A stretch of DNA of 63,910 bases, counting the filler, from Octopus bimaculoides (taxonomy: Eukaryota): the NCBI RefSeq assembly GCF_001194135.2. It is 5 parts of 5 records of this genome, joined end to end, with 100 filler letters (N's around TTAATTAATTAA, not from the genome) between each part and the next. Parts side by side here need not be neighbours in the genome. Positions count along the whole stretch, not along the records: positions 26,149 to 44,622 come from NC_068995.1; positions 44,723 to 57,841 come from NC_068993.1; 3 more parts are not named here. One strand, written 5' to 3'. The stretch's first letter is position 1. Every line of letters begins with the position of its first letter. This document shows positions 40,914 through 52,184 of the stretch, piece after piece. The translations under genes were made by a program, and so were the position numbers. The notes beneath the pieces are model-generated. The model was not told the DNA's origin and ran no database searches. It saw only the letters and a list, made by a program, of their open reading frames with translations.

Positions 40914-41320
40914 GAGTAGGTTGATATCTCTGACACAGTTTTGTATCTGAAACAGAATTCTTCCTCTTAGATAAACTAGGCCTGAAATATTAAGTTTGTA
41001 AATATTTTTGTAATCCAGACATCAGCAGGTGGTACATTGCAAGCATCCACATGTCCATGCACATGCATTCACCTCTGTGCACACCTGTACTCAAATATAG
41101 CCAAGCCCACACACATGCATGGTTACACCTACATGTGCATACACACGCTCATACACCAAATACCCACCATATCATTATACCATGCTGCAACCAAATGGCT
41201 CGAGTTACTACCTTGTATTTATGCACACCAGTCAGTTTCTGCAAGACACATACACACATGTATAATTGTTTGTTTTCAGATATAAATGGGTAAACTATCC
41301 AAATGCTTTATATTTTCTAG

Positions 41321-41396
41321 AAAGCTGTAGTAGTGCATATATTCAAAATCATTGCTCCAGATATTGTACATCCTTGATTAGTCACTGTCCAGATCA
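41321..41396 (+). CDS. Candidate coding exon C of an unidentified plus-strand gene
   Basis: tttatattttctAG|aa agc tgt...cca gat ca|GTtagt; reads SCSSAYIQNHCSRYCTSLISHCPD; phase 1 to phase 2, linking exons B and D in frame. Confidence 0.6.
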
Positions 41397-41479
41397 GTTA
41401 GTTCATTAAGTTATCTATTGCTACCAGCCACATTGTTTACGATAATAGTGGTATTTGTTATTCAGTATTCTACCAGATG

Positions 41480-44270
41480 CTGAGATTAACATCTAGCACC
41501 AAAGGATTTCACAATCTACTAGACATCCTATTAAAACCATTATGCAAATTTGTTCCTAGTTTCTTCAGACATTACATGGACCTCCTAAACCATTATCAAG
41601 GTTCAGTCCTCAGCCCCCTCCTATTTATCATAGTCCTCCAGGTCATAACAGAAGAATTCAAGACAGGATGCCCCTGGGAGCTCCTCTATACTGAAAACCT
41701 TGCACTAATTGCTGAGTCACTATCAGAACTAGAGGAGAAGTTTCAGGTGTGGAAGCAAGGACTAGAATCAAAGGGCCTTAGAGTCAACCTAGCTAAAACC
41801 AAAGTGCTAATAAGTAGGAAGGTAGACAAAACACAAATCCTTTCAGGTAGATGGCCTAGCTCGATCTGTAGAAAAGGCGTAGGTAGAAACTCTATAAGAT
41901 GTACCCAGTGTAAGCTATGGACACATAAGAGGTGCAGCAATATCAAAGGCAGGTTAACTAGGAAGTTAGTTTTTGTATGTGGCAGATGTTCAGGAGCAAT
42001 AAATGCTGAAAATGTGCAGAAAACAACTCTGGCCACATACCAGGAAGAAAAACTAGAATTAGTTGATACCTTCCGCTATCTAGGTGGCCAAGTTAGTAGT
42101 GGGGGAGGGTGCGCTGAAAGTGTAGCTGCTAGAATAAGAATAGCCTGAGCAAAGTTCAGAGAGCTCTTACCCCTGCTGGCGACAAGGGGACTCTCACTCA
42201 GAGTAAAAGGCAGACTGCATGACGCATGTGTACGAACAGCCATGCTACATGGCAGTGAAACATGGGCTGTAACTGCTGAGGACATGCGTAGGCTGGCAAG
42301 GAATGAAGCCAGTATGCTCCGATGGATGTGTAATGTCAGTGTGCATACTAGACAGAGTTTGAGTAGCTTGAGAGAAAAGTTGAACTTGTGGTGTGCAAGA
42401 GAGACGATTGCGCTGGTATGTTCATGTAGCGAGAATGGATGAGGATAGCTGTGTGAAAAAGTGTCACACCCTAGCAGTTGAGGGAACCTGTGGAAGAGGT
42501 AGGCCCAGTAACATTGGGCCTCACCAAGGCGATGACTTCTGACTGATACCTTTGGAAATATCCAGTATGTGAGAAGACCCGGCAAGCCAAGTGAGAGCTA
42601 AATCCGAGGCCTCTAACAGGTGTGTAGCCAGCCCACTTATGCGTACCTTCCTTCATTGGACACTAAACTCCGCTTGCGAAAACCTGTTGAGGCAAGTGAA
42701 ATCTAAATCGAACTAAATTCGACGACTGGCACCCATGCCAACTTCGTCTCCTTCNNNNNNNNNNNNNNNNNNNNNNNNNNNNNNNNNNNNNNNNNNNNNN
42801 NNNNNNNNNNNNNNNNNNNNNNNNNNNNNNNNNNNNNNNNNNNNNNNNNNNNNNNNNNNNNNNNNNNNNNNNNNNNNNNNNNNNNNNNNNNNNNNNNNNN
42901 NNNNNNNNNNNNNNNNNNNNNNNNNNNNNNNNNNNNNNNNNNNNNNNNNNNNNNNNNNNNNNNNNNNNNNNNNNNNNNNNNNNNNNNNNNNNNNTTCGAG
43001 TGAGATCGTTGCCAGTGCCGCTGGACTGGCTCCTGTGCAGGTAGCACGTAAAATACACCATTTTGAGCGTGGCTGTTGCCCGTACCGCCTGACTGGCCTT
43101 TGTGCTGGAGGTACGAAGAAGCACCCACTACATTCTCGGAGTGGTTGGCGTTAGGAAGGGCATCCAGCTGTAGAAACTCTGCCAGATCAGATTGGAGCCT
43201 GGTGCAGCCATCTGGTTCGCCAATCCTCAGTCAAATCATCCAGCCCATGCTAGCATGGAAAGCAGACGTTAGACGATGATGATGATGATGTGACCAGCCT
43301 CTGCACAAACATTCCCTATGGATTAAGACTGGAAGCAGTGAAATTCTGGACAGACATATACCCACACATAATTCAAGAAAGATTTCCAAATAAATTTATT
43401 CTAGAAGGACCATTATTGGTGCTAGAAAGCAACGACTTTTTAGATTTTTATTACCTTCAACAAGTAAACTTAAAAAAATTCACGAATAACTTATTTTTGG
43501 AACAGAAATAAGGATGACCTTACAAGATTCTTGGAATTAAGCACTAGTATTCATGAATTCATCCAATCCACTGTAGAAATGAATGAAAGGGGACCTCCTT
43601 TTGTGGACACTTTGGTAATTAATGAAAATTAACTATTACAACTGATCTCTATTGCAAGGATGTAGACACACACTTATACTTAGACTTTAGATTTTGCCAT
43701 CCATCTCACACTCAAAGAAACAGCCTACTTAATATAGTAAAACATATGCACAATAGTTATAGAATCAAGTAGATGAGAGAGGTGACTGGTTGAACTAAAA
43801 CTATTCTTTCAGAAACAAAAATACTGCAAACACCTAGTAAATCATGTTATAACTAAGACAAAAGAAATCCTAATCTCTCTCATATAGAGAAACCTTCATA
43901 ATGAGGAGGAATACACAAACAGGAATTTCCTTTTGTAGTCATACACAGTTCTAGAAATTAAACCTTACATTTGGCTAAATGGTATCATCCAATTCTACAC
44001 ATTCTATTTAAATTAATTGAAGAGTCACAAACTAACAACTGGAGACAACCACTAAATCTTAAGATTCTTCACAAAGGTTAAATTTACATCAGAAGAAATA
44101 ATGCAACAAAATATGGAAATCTTTGTTGTGGGATATGTGAATTGATTGAACAGGGCAAAATCAAAAATTTGAGAAAAGAAAAGAATTGATGGTTAATGCA
44201 AATATGAATTACTGAGCAAAATCTTCTTATTTATTACAATACAATGAGAACTATATTAGCTTAATCATAA
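41480..44270 (+). mobile_element. Penelope-like element RT remnant, interrupted by an RTE-like LINE
   Basis: LLDILLKPLCKFVPSFFRHYMDLLNH (41480-41591) continues after 43290 as DVTSLCTNIPYGLRLEAVKFW...ERFPNKFILEG, then PFVDTLV and DLYCKDVDTHLYLDFRFCHPSHTQRN; these are PLE-type RT and thumb motifs. Confidence 0.75.
41592..43290 (+). mobile_element. RTE-like LINE, 5'-truncated, with PHD-like finger and (GAT)n tail
   Basis: QGSVLSPLLFII, ELLYTENLALIA, GLRVNLAKTKVL, FRYLGG and MLHGSETWAV are present; the 3' UTR ends in gatgatgatgat. Confidence 0.9.
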
Positions 44271-44282
44271 TCATCATCATCA

Positions 44283-44622
44283 TCATCGTTTAACGTCCGC
44301 TTTCCATGCTAGCATGGGTTGGACAATTTGATTGAGGACTGGTGAAACCAGATGGCTACACCAGGCTCCAATCTGATTTAGCAGAGTTTCTACAGCTGGA
44401 TGCCCTTCCTAACGCCAACCACTCAGAGAGTGTAGTGGGTGCTTTTACGTGTCACCCGCACGAAGGCCAGTCAGGCAGTACTGGCAATGGCCACGCTCAA
44501 AATGGTGCATTTCATGTGCCACCCGCACAAGAGCCAGTCCAAGGGCACTGGCAACGATCTCGCTCAAAAATCCCACGAAGGCCAGCCAGGCGGCACTGGC
44601 AACAGTCACAATCAAAATGGTG
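44283..44622 (-). mobile_element. RTE 3'-end copy without coding sequence
   Basis: Reverse complement of 43000-43290. Similar copies lie at about 26885-27110, 32835-32980, 37030-37190, 48200-48375, 50950-51250, 52420-52610 and 56040-56230. Confidence 0.8.
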
Positions 44623-45928
44623 NNNNNNNNNNNNNNNNNNNNNNNNNNNNNNNNNNNNNNNNNNNNTTAATTAATTAANNNNNNNNNNNNNNNNNNNNNN
44701 NNNNNNNNNNNNNNNNNNNNNNGGGACATAAACACACCAGTATCGGTTGTCAAGCGATGCTTGTTGGGGGAACAGACACACAAACATTTACTCACACACA
44801 CACATATATACATATACGACGGGCTTCTTCCAGTTTCTGTCTACCAAATCCACTCATAATGCTTTGGTCAGCCCGAGGCTGTAGTAGAAGACACTTGCCC
44901 GAGGTGCCACGCAGTGAGACTGAACCCGGGACCATGTGGTTGGTAAGCAAGCTACTTACCACACAGCCACTCCTGCGCCTTCAAGATATCTCTAATATTT
45001 TAACACCTACCATCTTTGAAGTAAAAAGAAAACTTTTTTTTCACTAGACACAAGTGTGGTAAAAAGCTTGCTTACCAACCACATGGTTCCAGGTTCTGTC
45101 CCACTACATGACACCTTTACTTTAGGCTCAGGCCAACCAAATCCTTGTAAGTAGATTTGGTAGATGGAAAGTGAAAGCCCATCATATATAAATATATTCA
45201 TAACTACATATTATATATCTATCTGTGTGGCTTTGATAACCGATGTTGGTATGTTTAAACCCCCGTAACTTAGCGGTTCGGCATAAGAGACTGAGAGAAT
45301 AAAATACATTGTCTTTTGGCCTAGAAGCAACTGACATTATCATTAGCATGCCGAGCAAAATGTTTAAAGGCATTTTGTCTGTTTTTATTGTTCTAAGTTC
45401 AAATTCCACCGAGATTGATTTGGCCTTTCATCCTTTTANNNNNNNNNNNNNNNNNNNNNNNNNNNNNNNNNNNNNNNNNNNNNNNNNNNNNNNNNNNNNN
45501 NNNNNNNNNNNNNNNNNNNNNNNNNNNNNNNNNNNNNNNNNNNNNNNNNNNNNNNNNNNNNNNNNNNNNNNNNNNNNNNNNNNNNNNNNNNNNNNNNNNN
45601 NNNNNNNNNNNNNNNNNNNNNNNNNNNNNNNNNNNNNNNNNNNNNNNNNNNNNNNNNNNNNNNNNNNNNNNNNNNNNNNNNNNNNNNNNNNNNNNNNNNN
45701 NNNNNNNNNNNNNNNNNNNNNNNNNNNNNNNNNNNNNNNNNNAAGGCCCAAATATCATAGTCACAGAAAATACATCAAAAATGTTAATTATTTAATGAGA
45801 TTTTTATTTGATATCAGAAAATATTGAATGACGTTTAATTTTTTCCTTACTTTTTTTTTTCTTCAATGTCAAAAATAAATAAATTATAAAGTTTCCTAAG
45901 AACCTCAATTTCATTTTTTTTTTTCAAG

Positions 45929-46133
45929 CCTCAGACTCCCTCCCAACATCAGAATCTTCACTGGTTATTGGGATCAGGTTGCTAAATGTATGGGCGTAAC
46001 CATACACCCCAACCAAAAGGATTTGAAGAAGGAATGGCTGCAAACTGATATGATGATGTCTCGAGAGTATTTTAGGGGACATGACATGTTGAAGGGAATG
46101 AAATTTATACAAAATGGTAATGACGACATCTAG
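45929..46133 (+). CDS. Terminal coding exon D of an unidentified plus-strand gene
   Basis: Strong acceptor tttcatttttttttttcaAG|c ctc aga; 67 open codons LRLPPNIRIFTGYWDQVAKCMGVTIHPNQKDLKKEWLQTDMMMSREYFRGHDMLKGMKFIQNGNDDI, then TAG at 46131-46133; phase matches exon C. Confidence 0.7.
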
Positions 46134-46175
46134 ATTGTTCCCAGGTAATAGTGTTGTATATGAAAGACGGTCTAG

Positions 46176-46876
46176 TTAAGTGATAGTCCATTTCCATTGT
46201 CCTCCACAAAGACAAGCCGAAGCCCACCGTTTCTCCCAGGCTTTCATCGACGTCGCCGATGAAATGCTTTGTACTAACGATACTGCGCCGCATCGACTAC
46301 ATTCGCGGACCGGCTCTGCTGGTTTTTCACCAAGGTTGATCTGACGAACTATATCATACATCTGCTTGCTCTCCGTCGTAATGTCTGGTATAGTCATAAA
46401 CTGCTGTTTTTGTTTACAGCTATACACGTAGTTGGGTTCGACGCCGATCTGAAACGTCTGCGGTGTTGACTGGTGGAATATCGCGTAACCTAGCGTGTCT
46501 TGACTGAACGTCTGACGTGTATTTCTGATCATCACTTCACTGGTGAGGTGACAGCAATCACTAACAAGACCCTCCTCATATTCGACACTACCACCTTCCT
46601 TTACGCACAGCCAGGCTTTCGTTAACAGTTTGAATAGATGGGACATGCACTCAATCGAAGAGTTCATAGTGAAAAATGGAAGGCAATTCGGATTGATGTG
46701 GCCCCACAGGCGTATGATGACAAAGAGTTCTCGCAGCACGCTTAGAACAGAACTGTCCCGAATGAGTAGAGAACCAGGTATGTCCGAATATGACTGTTGC
46801 AAAGGTATGGAACCCAGAAGATGGAGAGTAAAATCAGCAATCCACTGAATTAAAGGCTGGAAGGACTGTAAAGAGG
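46176..46876 (-). CDS. MED16: Mediator of RNA polymerase II transcription subunit 16, terminal exon
   Basis: ttttttttcAG|cc tct tta; SLQSFQPLIQWIADF...LRELFVIIRLWGHINPNCLP...ECSRCGAVS...KAWEKRWASACLCGGQW* parallels the recalled human MED16 C-terminus ([40 protein letters not shown]). Confidence 0.95.
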
Positions 46877-46944
46877 CTGAAAAAAAAGAGAATTATGTTA
46901 AATGTTATCATAATTATATTGTTATTATTATTATTATCATCATC

Positions 46945-47290
46945 AAGGCAGTGAGCTGAGCTGGCAGAATCGTTAGCACACCAGGCAAAATATTTGGTGG
47001 CTCTTCATCTATCTTTACGTTCTGAGTTCAAATTCTGCCGAGGTCGACTTTGCCCTTCATCCTTTCAGAGTCAATAAATTAAGAACCAGTTGAGCACTGG
47101 GGTCAATGTATTCGACTTGTCCCCTCCCCCAAAATTTCAGGCCTTGTACCTATACTAGAAATTATTATTATTATTAAGGCAGTGAGCTTGGCAGAATTGT
47201 TAGCGTGCTGGATAAAATGCTTAGTGGCATTTTGAGTTCCAATTCCGCCAAGGTCGATTTTGCCTTTCATCATTTTGAGGTTGTTAAAAT
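46945..47290 (+). mobile_element. Two tandem SINE family A copies in the last MED16 intron
   Basis: 'ggcagtgagct..gcagaat[c/t]gttagc...ttc.aaattc[t/c]gcc.aggtcga' occurs twice, separated by (TTA)n. Confidence 0.8.
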
Positions 47291-47495
47291 AAGGTTCTGC
47301 TGCAGGTCAGGCACTGGTCTGCTTGGAATGAAGGCAAGGAGTTGGCTCTGGACTTGCACAGTTCACTTTCGATGCCAACCTGCCAAATACCAACTCTGAT
47401 GCTATGACATAAAGAGATCCAGTAAAATCACATGCTATGTTCCAAATACCAGCTGAATAACAATAGTTATTTCATTAACTTATAAGAAACAAAGG

Positions 47496-47712
47496 CATTG
47501 CATTTCAACAGAAATAAGGTAACAAAATTTAATTTTGTTAACTACAAATGCTATTAAAGAAGACCAATACATCACTAGATGGTAGCTTGGAAAGAAATTA
47601 TTTTCTACAACCCATTAAACTTTAAAACTAATTTATGCAAACAGGATAGCATGCTTAATTTTAAAATATAATTTAACCTTTTTTATTACCATATTTCTGC
47701 TGAAATACACTG
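47496..47712. mobile_element. Small MITE-like element with 27-bp inverted ends
   Basis: cattgcatttcaacagaaataaggtaa against the reverse complement of ttaccatatttctgctgaaatacactg. Confidence 0.6.
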
Positions 47713-48464
47713 CTTTGTTTCAATGAAGAATGAGTTTGTTGTTAATAAGCTGGTATTTGAGACATAAATTAATGAAATTTTAATGGAAGGTCTTAATTCA
47801 GATCACTTTAAAACAACTTTTATATCAGAACTATGAGTAGCCTGCGACAGGTTGGTATCAAGAGTTGAAAAATAGTCTTATCTTACACAAATTTGACCCT
47901 TTTTAAACCATTAACATAGAAAAAAAAAAAAGAATTCAAACCAGAAAGATTTAACTTATAAATTTAAGACACTGCCTTTAATATATAGACACAACACTGA
48001 AATGATTTCACAGTATAAAGGCCAAAGTTTTTTTAACTTTAACCCTGGTAGCCAGTTGTATTAAATATAGACACAAATAGCAATTGCCACATATCACCTC
48101 CTCCAATACCCCCTCCCCTCTCAAGGGGAAGCAGGTATTGAAGGACTGTGTCAGTATTGGTGACTACCAGGGCTGGTTCCATGTAAAAACCTACTTTGCC
48201 TGTGCTCGTACCACGTAAAAGGCACTCAGTCCATTCTGCAGGGTGGTTGGTGTTAGGAAGGGCATCCAGCTATAAAAACCATGCCAAAACTGACACAGAA
48301 GTCTGATGCAGTCTTCTGCTTGGCCAGTTCCTGTCAAGCCAGCAGAGAAAGGAAACGTTAAACAATAATAATAATGATTTTGAAAAACAGGAGATATTCC
48401 TACAGTATTATTGGCTAGTGCTGATATTAAATTATTGTTTATAACAAATTTGTAGAGTACTTAC

Positions 48465-48567
48465 CAGCATCAACAAGGAAATCACTGAATTCTAAATTTG
48501 TCAGCAGAATCAATAATTCTGATTCACTGCTTTTGTTACAAAGCATTGATAGTTTCTCAGCAGGATT
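48465..48567 (-). CDS. MED16: MED16 internal exon
   Basis: ttccattgtAG|aat cct gct...gat gct g|GTaagt; NPAEKLSMLCNKSSESELLILLTNLEFSDFLVDA resembles human [33 protein letters not shown]. Confidence 0.9.
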
Positions 48568-50141
48568 CTACAATGGAATAACAAAAAACAGAAAATTTTA
48601 AAACAGTCTTTTACTGTGATAGTGTTGTGGTACTGACTTGAAGGGTTTAGTCAAGCAAATTGATCCCAGTACTTTTCTGTATAGCCTAGCCTAGACTTAT
48701 TCTATCAGTATCTTTACACTGAACTGCTAAGTTCCAGAGATGTAAACAACAGGACTTCAATAGTCAAGCAGTGAGGGCCGACAAACATAAAGACAGACAC
48801 ACACACACAACAGGCTGCTTTTCGTTTCCATCAACCACAACCACTGACAAGGCTTTGGTTAGCCTGGGGATCTAGTAGAAGGCACTTGCCCAAGGTGCCA
48901 CACAGTGGAAATGAACTTGGAACCATGCTGTTAGGAAGCAAATTCTTATCACGCAGCCAACACCCTTTTCATACAAAACTAAGTTTTTAACAATTGTTTC
49001 AGCAAGCAATGAACCATTAAGGTACTTAAAGTGACTACTCCACAAGAAGGTGACAAATAATAGATTTTAGCACAGGGTCAACAATTTAGAGGGGTAATAA
49101 TAATTCTTATTCACTAGGCTGTTGATACAGAGTACATGCATTAGTGGATACAATGATAAGGACATCATTACTTTTAGTAGAGGAAGATAGGTTCCTAGTT
49201 CAAATCTCATCTAGAACTTGGTACATATTGAGGAATAAGATGCCTGATGTTAACTAGAGATCAAAGTGATTCAAGCACAAGCATCATCATAGCTTCTGCA
49301 TCCAGTTAGCCAACTCCTTTCAAACCGTCCAACCCATGCCAGCATGGAGATCAGCCATTAAAAGACATATAAACGATGAGCTTCTTTCAGTTCCTTCTGC
49401 GAAAACCACTCACAAGGACTGTAGTAGAAGACACTTGCCTAAGGTGTCACACAATGGGATTGAACTTGAAATCATTTGATTGAAAAGGTAACTTCTCAAT
49501 CAAACAGCCACATCTGCATCTATATACAGCACTGAAAATAAAAAGTACCCCAGTTTCTGAAATCAGGGACTATTTTAGCAGTCTCATCTATGTAGCAGAA
49601 CTTACAGAATCGTCACATTAAATACTAACATTGTTGTTGGTANNNNNNNNNNNNNNNNNNNNNNNNNNNNNNNNNNNNNNNNNNNNNNNNNNNNNNNNNN
49701 NNNNNNNNNNNNNNNNNNNNNNNNNNNNNNNNNNNNNNNNNNNNNNNNNNNNNNNNNNNNNNNNNNNNNNNNNNNNNNNNNNNNNNNNNNNNNNNNNNNN
49801 NNNNNNNNNNNNNNNNNNNNNNNNNNNNNNNNNNNNNNNNNNNNNNNNNNNNNNNNNNNNNNNNNNNNNNNNNNNNNNNNNNNNNNNNNNNNNNNNNNNN
49901 NNNNNNNNNNNNNNNNNNNNNNNNNNNNNNNNNNNNNNNNNNNNNNNNNNNNNNNNNNNNNNNNNNNNNNNNNNNNNNNNNNNNNNNNNNNNNNNNNNNT
50001 GAAACTGTGATCCTATGACCGCGAGTCCGCTGCCCTAATCACTGGGCCATTGTGCCTATTAACATATAAATAAAAACAAAACAACAAAAATGTGCTGTGA
50101 AATTTTTAAAGGAAAGTTCCTTGGTTTAAGCTGGTACATAC

Positions 50142-50371
50142 ATTATCTTGGGAAGATATTTGCCGTGGACGCAGGATTCCTTTGAAGACAGTTGCAATAG
50201 TGTAGAGGAGGAGTTTAGCCTGACAGTCAGCTGCAAGATGGTAGCTGTTGGCACTGCTTTTGTACAAAGCCATTTTGATGGCCAAAAGACGAGAACACAT
50301 CAATTCTTGAACTGCTGTTGGCTGCTTCTGGAAGTTGTCGTTCAGCTTTTGACAAATGTCCTCTATCATAC
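50142..50371 (-). CDS. MED16: MED16 internal exon
   Basis: cttttgtAG|gt atg ata...gat aat|GTatgt; MIEDICQKLNDNFQKQPTAVQELMCSRLLAIKMALY...KLLLYTIATVFKGILRP. Confidence 0.93.
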
Positions 50372-51615
50372 CTACAAAAGATAAGTAAACAGTTTCAATT
50401 CTGTGTTGGTGTGTCTATGTACAGTTACTTACATTGTTGGAAATAGCAGCCAAATTTCCCTGTTTATGATAAAAAGAAGACACATTGGAAAATGCAGTCC
50501 TAGATACACAGAATGTCATTTCTGGAGTGCTTCTGATTATGGGCCAGTTGGATTACAGTCGAACCAACACTAAACAGCAACACACGCACACATATGCACA
50601 TACATGTGTGTGTGTATACACCCACACATAGATATATACATACAAAAAATACTGGCATTCCATCAGTTACAATGACAAGGGTTCCAGTTGATCTTATCAG
50701 CAGAAGAGCCTGCTCATGAAATTAATGTGCAAGTGGCTGACCCATATTCTTAAGATAGTTCTTAGGGAGATTGAGCAAGACACAGAATGTGACAAGGCTG
50801 GCTCTTTGAAATACAGGTACAACTCATTTTTGTCAGCATCATGAAATAAAATGTCTTGCTCAAGGACACTACATGCTGCTGGGAATTGAACTCACAACCT
50901 TACAGTCATGAGCCAAATACCCTAACCACTTAGCCACACACACATTCACCATCATCATTTAAGGTCCGTCTTCCATGCATGGTAGGACAGTTGACAGGAA
51001 CCGGCAAGGTAGAAAACTGCCCCAAGCTACTGTGTCTGTTTTGGAAGAGATTTTACGGCTGGATGCCCTTCCAAATGCCAACCACTTTACAGTGTGGACT
51101 ATATGCTTTTTTTGTGGCACCAGCACTGGCAAGGTCACCAAGTAACTTGCAAGACCAGGAATTTTGAGGAGGGGAACTTGTGTCAGAGGATGCAAAGTTA
51201 GAATGTGACAAATAGCAAGAGAGGCAGAAACAGGTATCTTGCTATAGAGGAAGTACATGGTTACTCAGCGAAAGAGAGAGGGAGGGGAGGAAGAGAGAGG
51301 CACAAGAAAGGGGACAGAAACAGGTGTGCTGCTATAGAGAATAAATACCAATAAGGAAAATAAACAAGGATATTGAATTGTTACCACAAAAATACTAAAT
51401 AGATGTGATATTTGGGGTACAAAAATGCCCTACTTTCCTAAAGGATTTCTATACTGAAATATCAAATCCACTCGCAAAGCTTTGGTCAGCCCAATTATTG
51501 TACAAGACACTTGCCGAAGGTGCCAACTTCTTACCACACAACCACGCCTGCAACCTAAGTGCCAAAAAAAAAATGAAGAAAGAAACCACAAGATTATAGA
51601 AGATAGAATACTCAC

Positions 51616-51892
51616 TCTGTTTGGTGGCTAAGAGAATATCCCACCAGTCCCAGCCTGTCGTTGCAGCGTACTCAAGTAGGAGCACTATATAGGTGGGTGA
51701 CATCTGGACACCAGTGTCGTTAGCATTGACAGAGCGGAACAAGTAGATGTTGTTGTCTTTGACACCAATCATCCCACAACTGCTGTGTGTCTGTAATAAC
51801 ACTGACAGATGGGAAGGTTGGTTGTGATTGAGATTGCGCTTTTCAGGGATACTGAGTTCCCGAAATTGGTCCACACAACAGTTATAAATTAC
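51616..51892 (-). CDS. MED16: MED16 internal exon
   Basis: tctccttAG|gta att...aaa cag a|GTgagt; contains LLLEYAATTGWDWWDILL (human LLEYCMVTGYDWWDILL). Confidence 0.93.
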
Positions 51893-52184
51893 CTAAGGAG
51901 AGATAATAGTAATAATGATTTCTGTGCAAAACATTTAAAAAATAATTAAAACTGAAATAATAATAATAATAATCTCAAATTTTAAAACAAACACATAATT
52001 TTCTTATGGTTTCTTAAACATTCTCTAGAACAACACTATGTACAAATCCAAATATATGGTACCCTAGGCATAACACCTGCATGAACTTCTAACTTGTTGT
52101 CTCTTGAGGTCTCTGGGTGAGACTTGGATCCAACTTGTACAAATGCAAAGCAAAAGTCAAACATGAAACAATAATAATGATGGT

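Noticed and set aside
41477-42148. Novel 223-aa fusion gene
   Set aside because: A chance in-frame junction of a Penelope remnant and a 5'-truncated RTE, with decayed catalytic residues.
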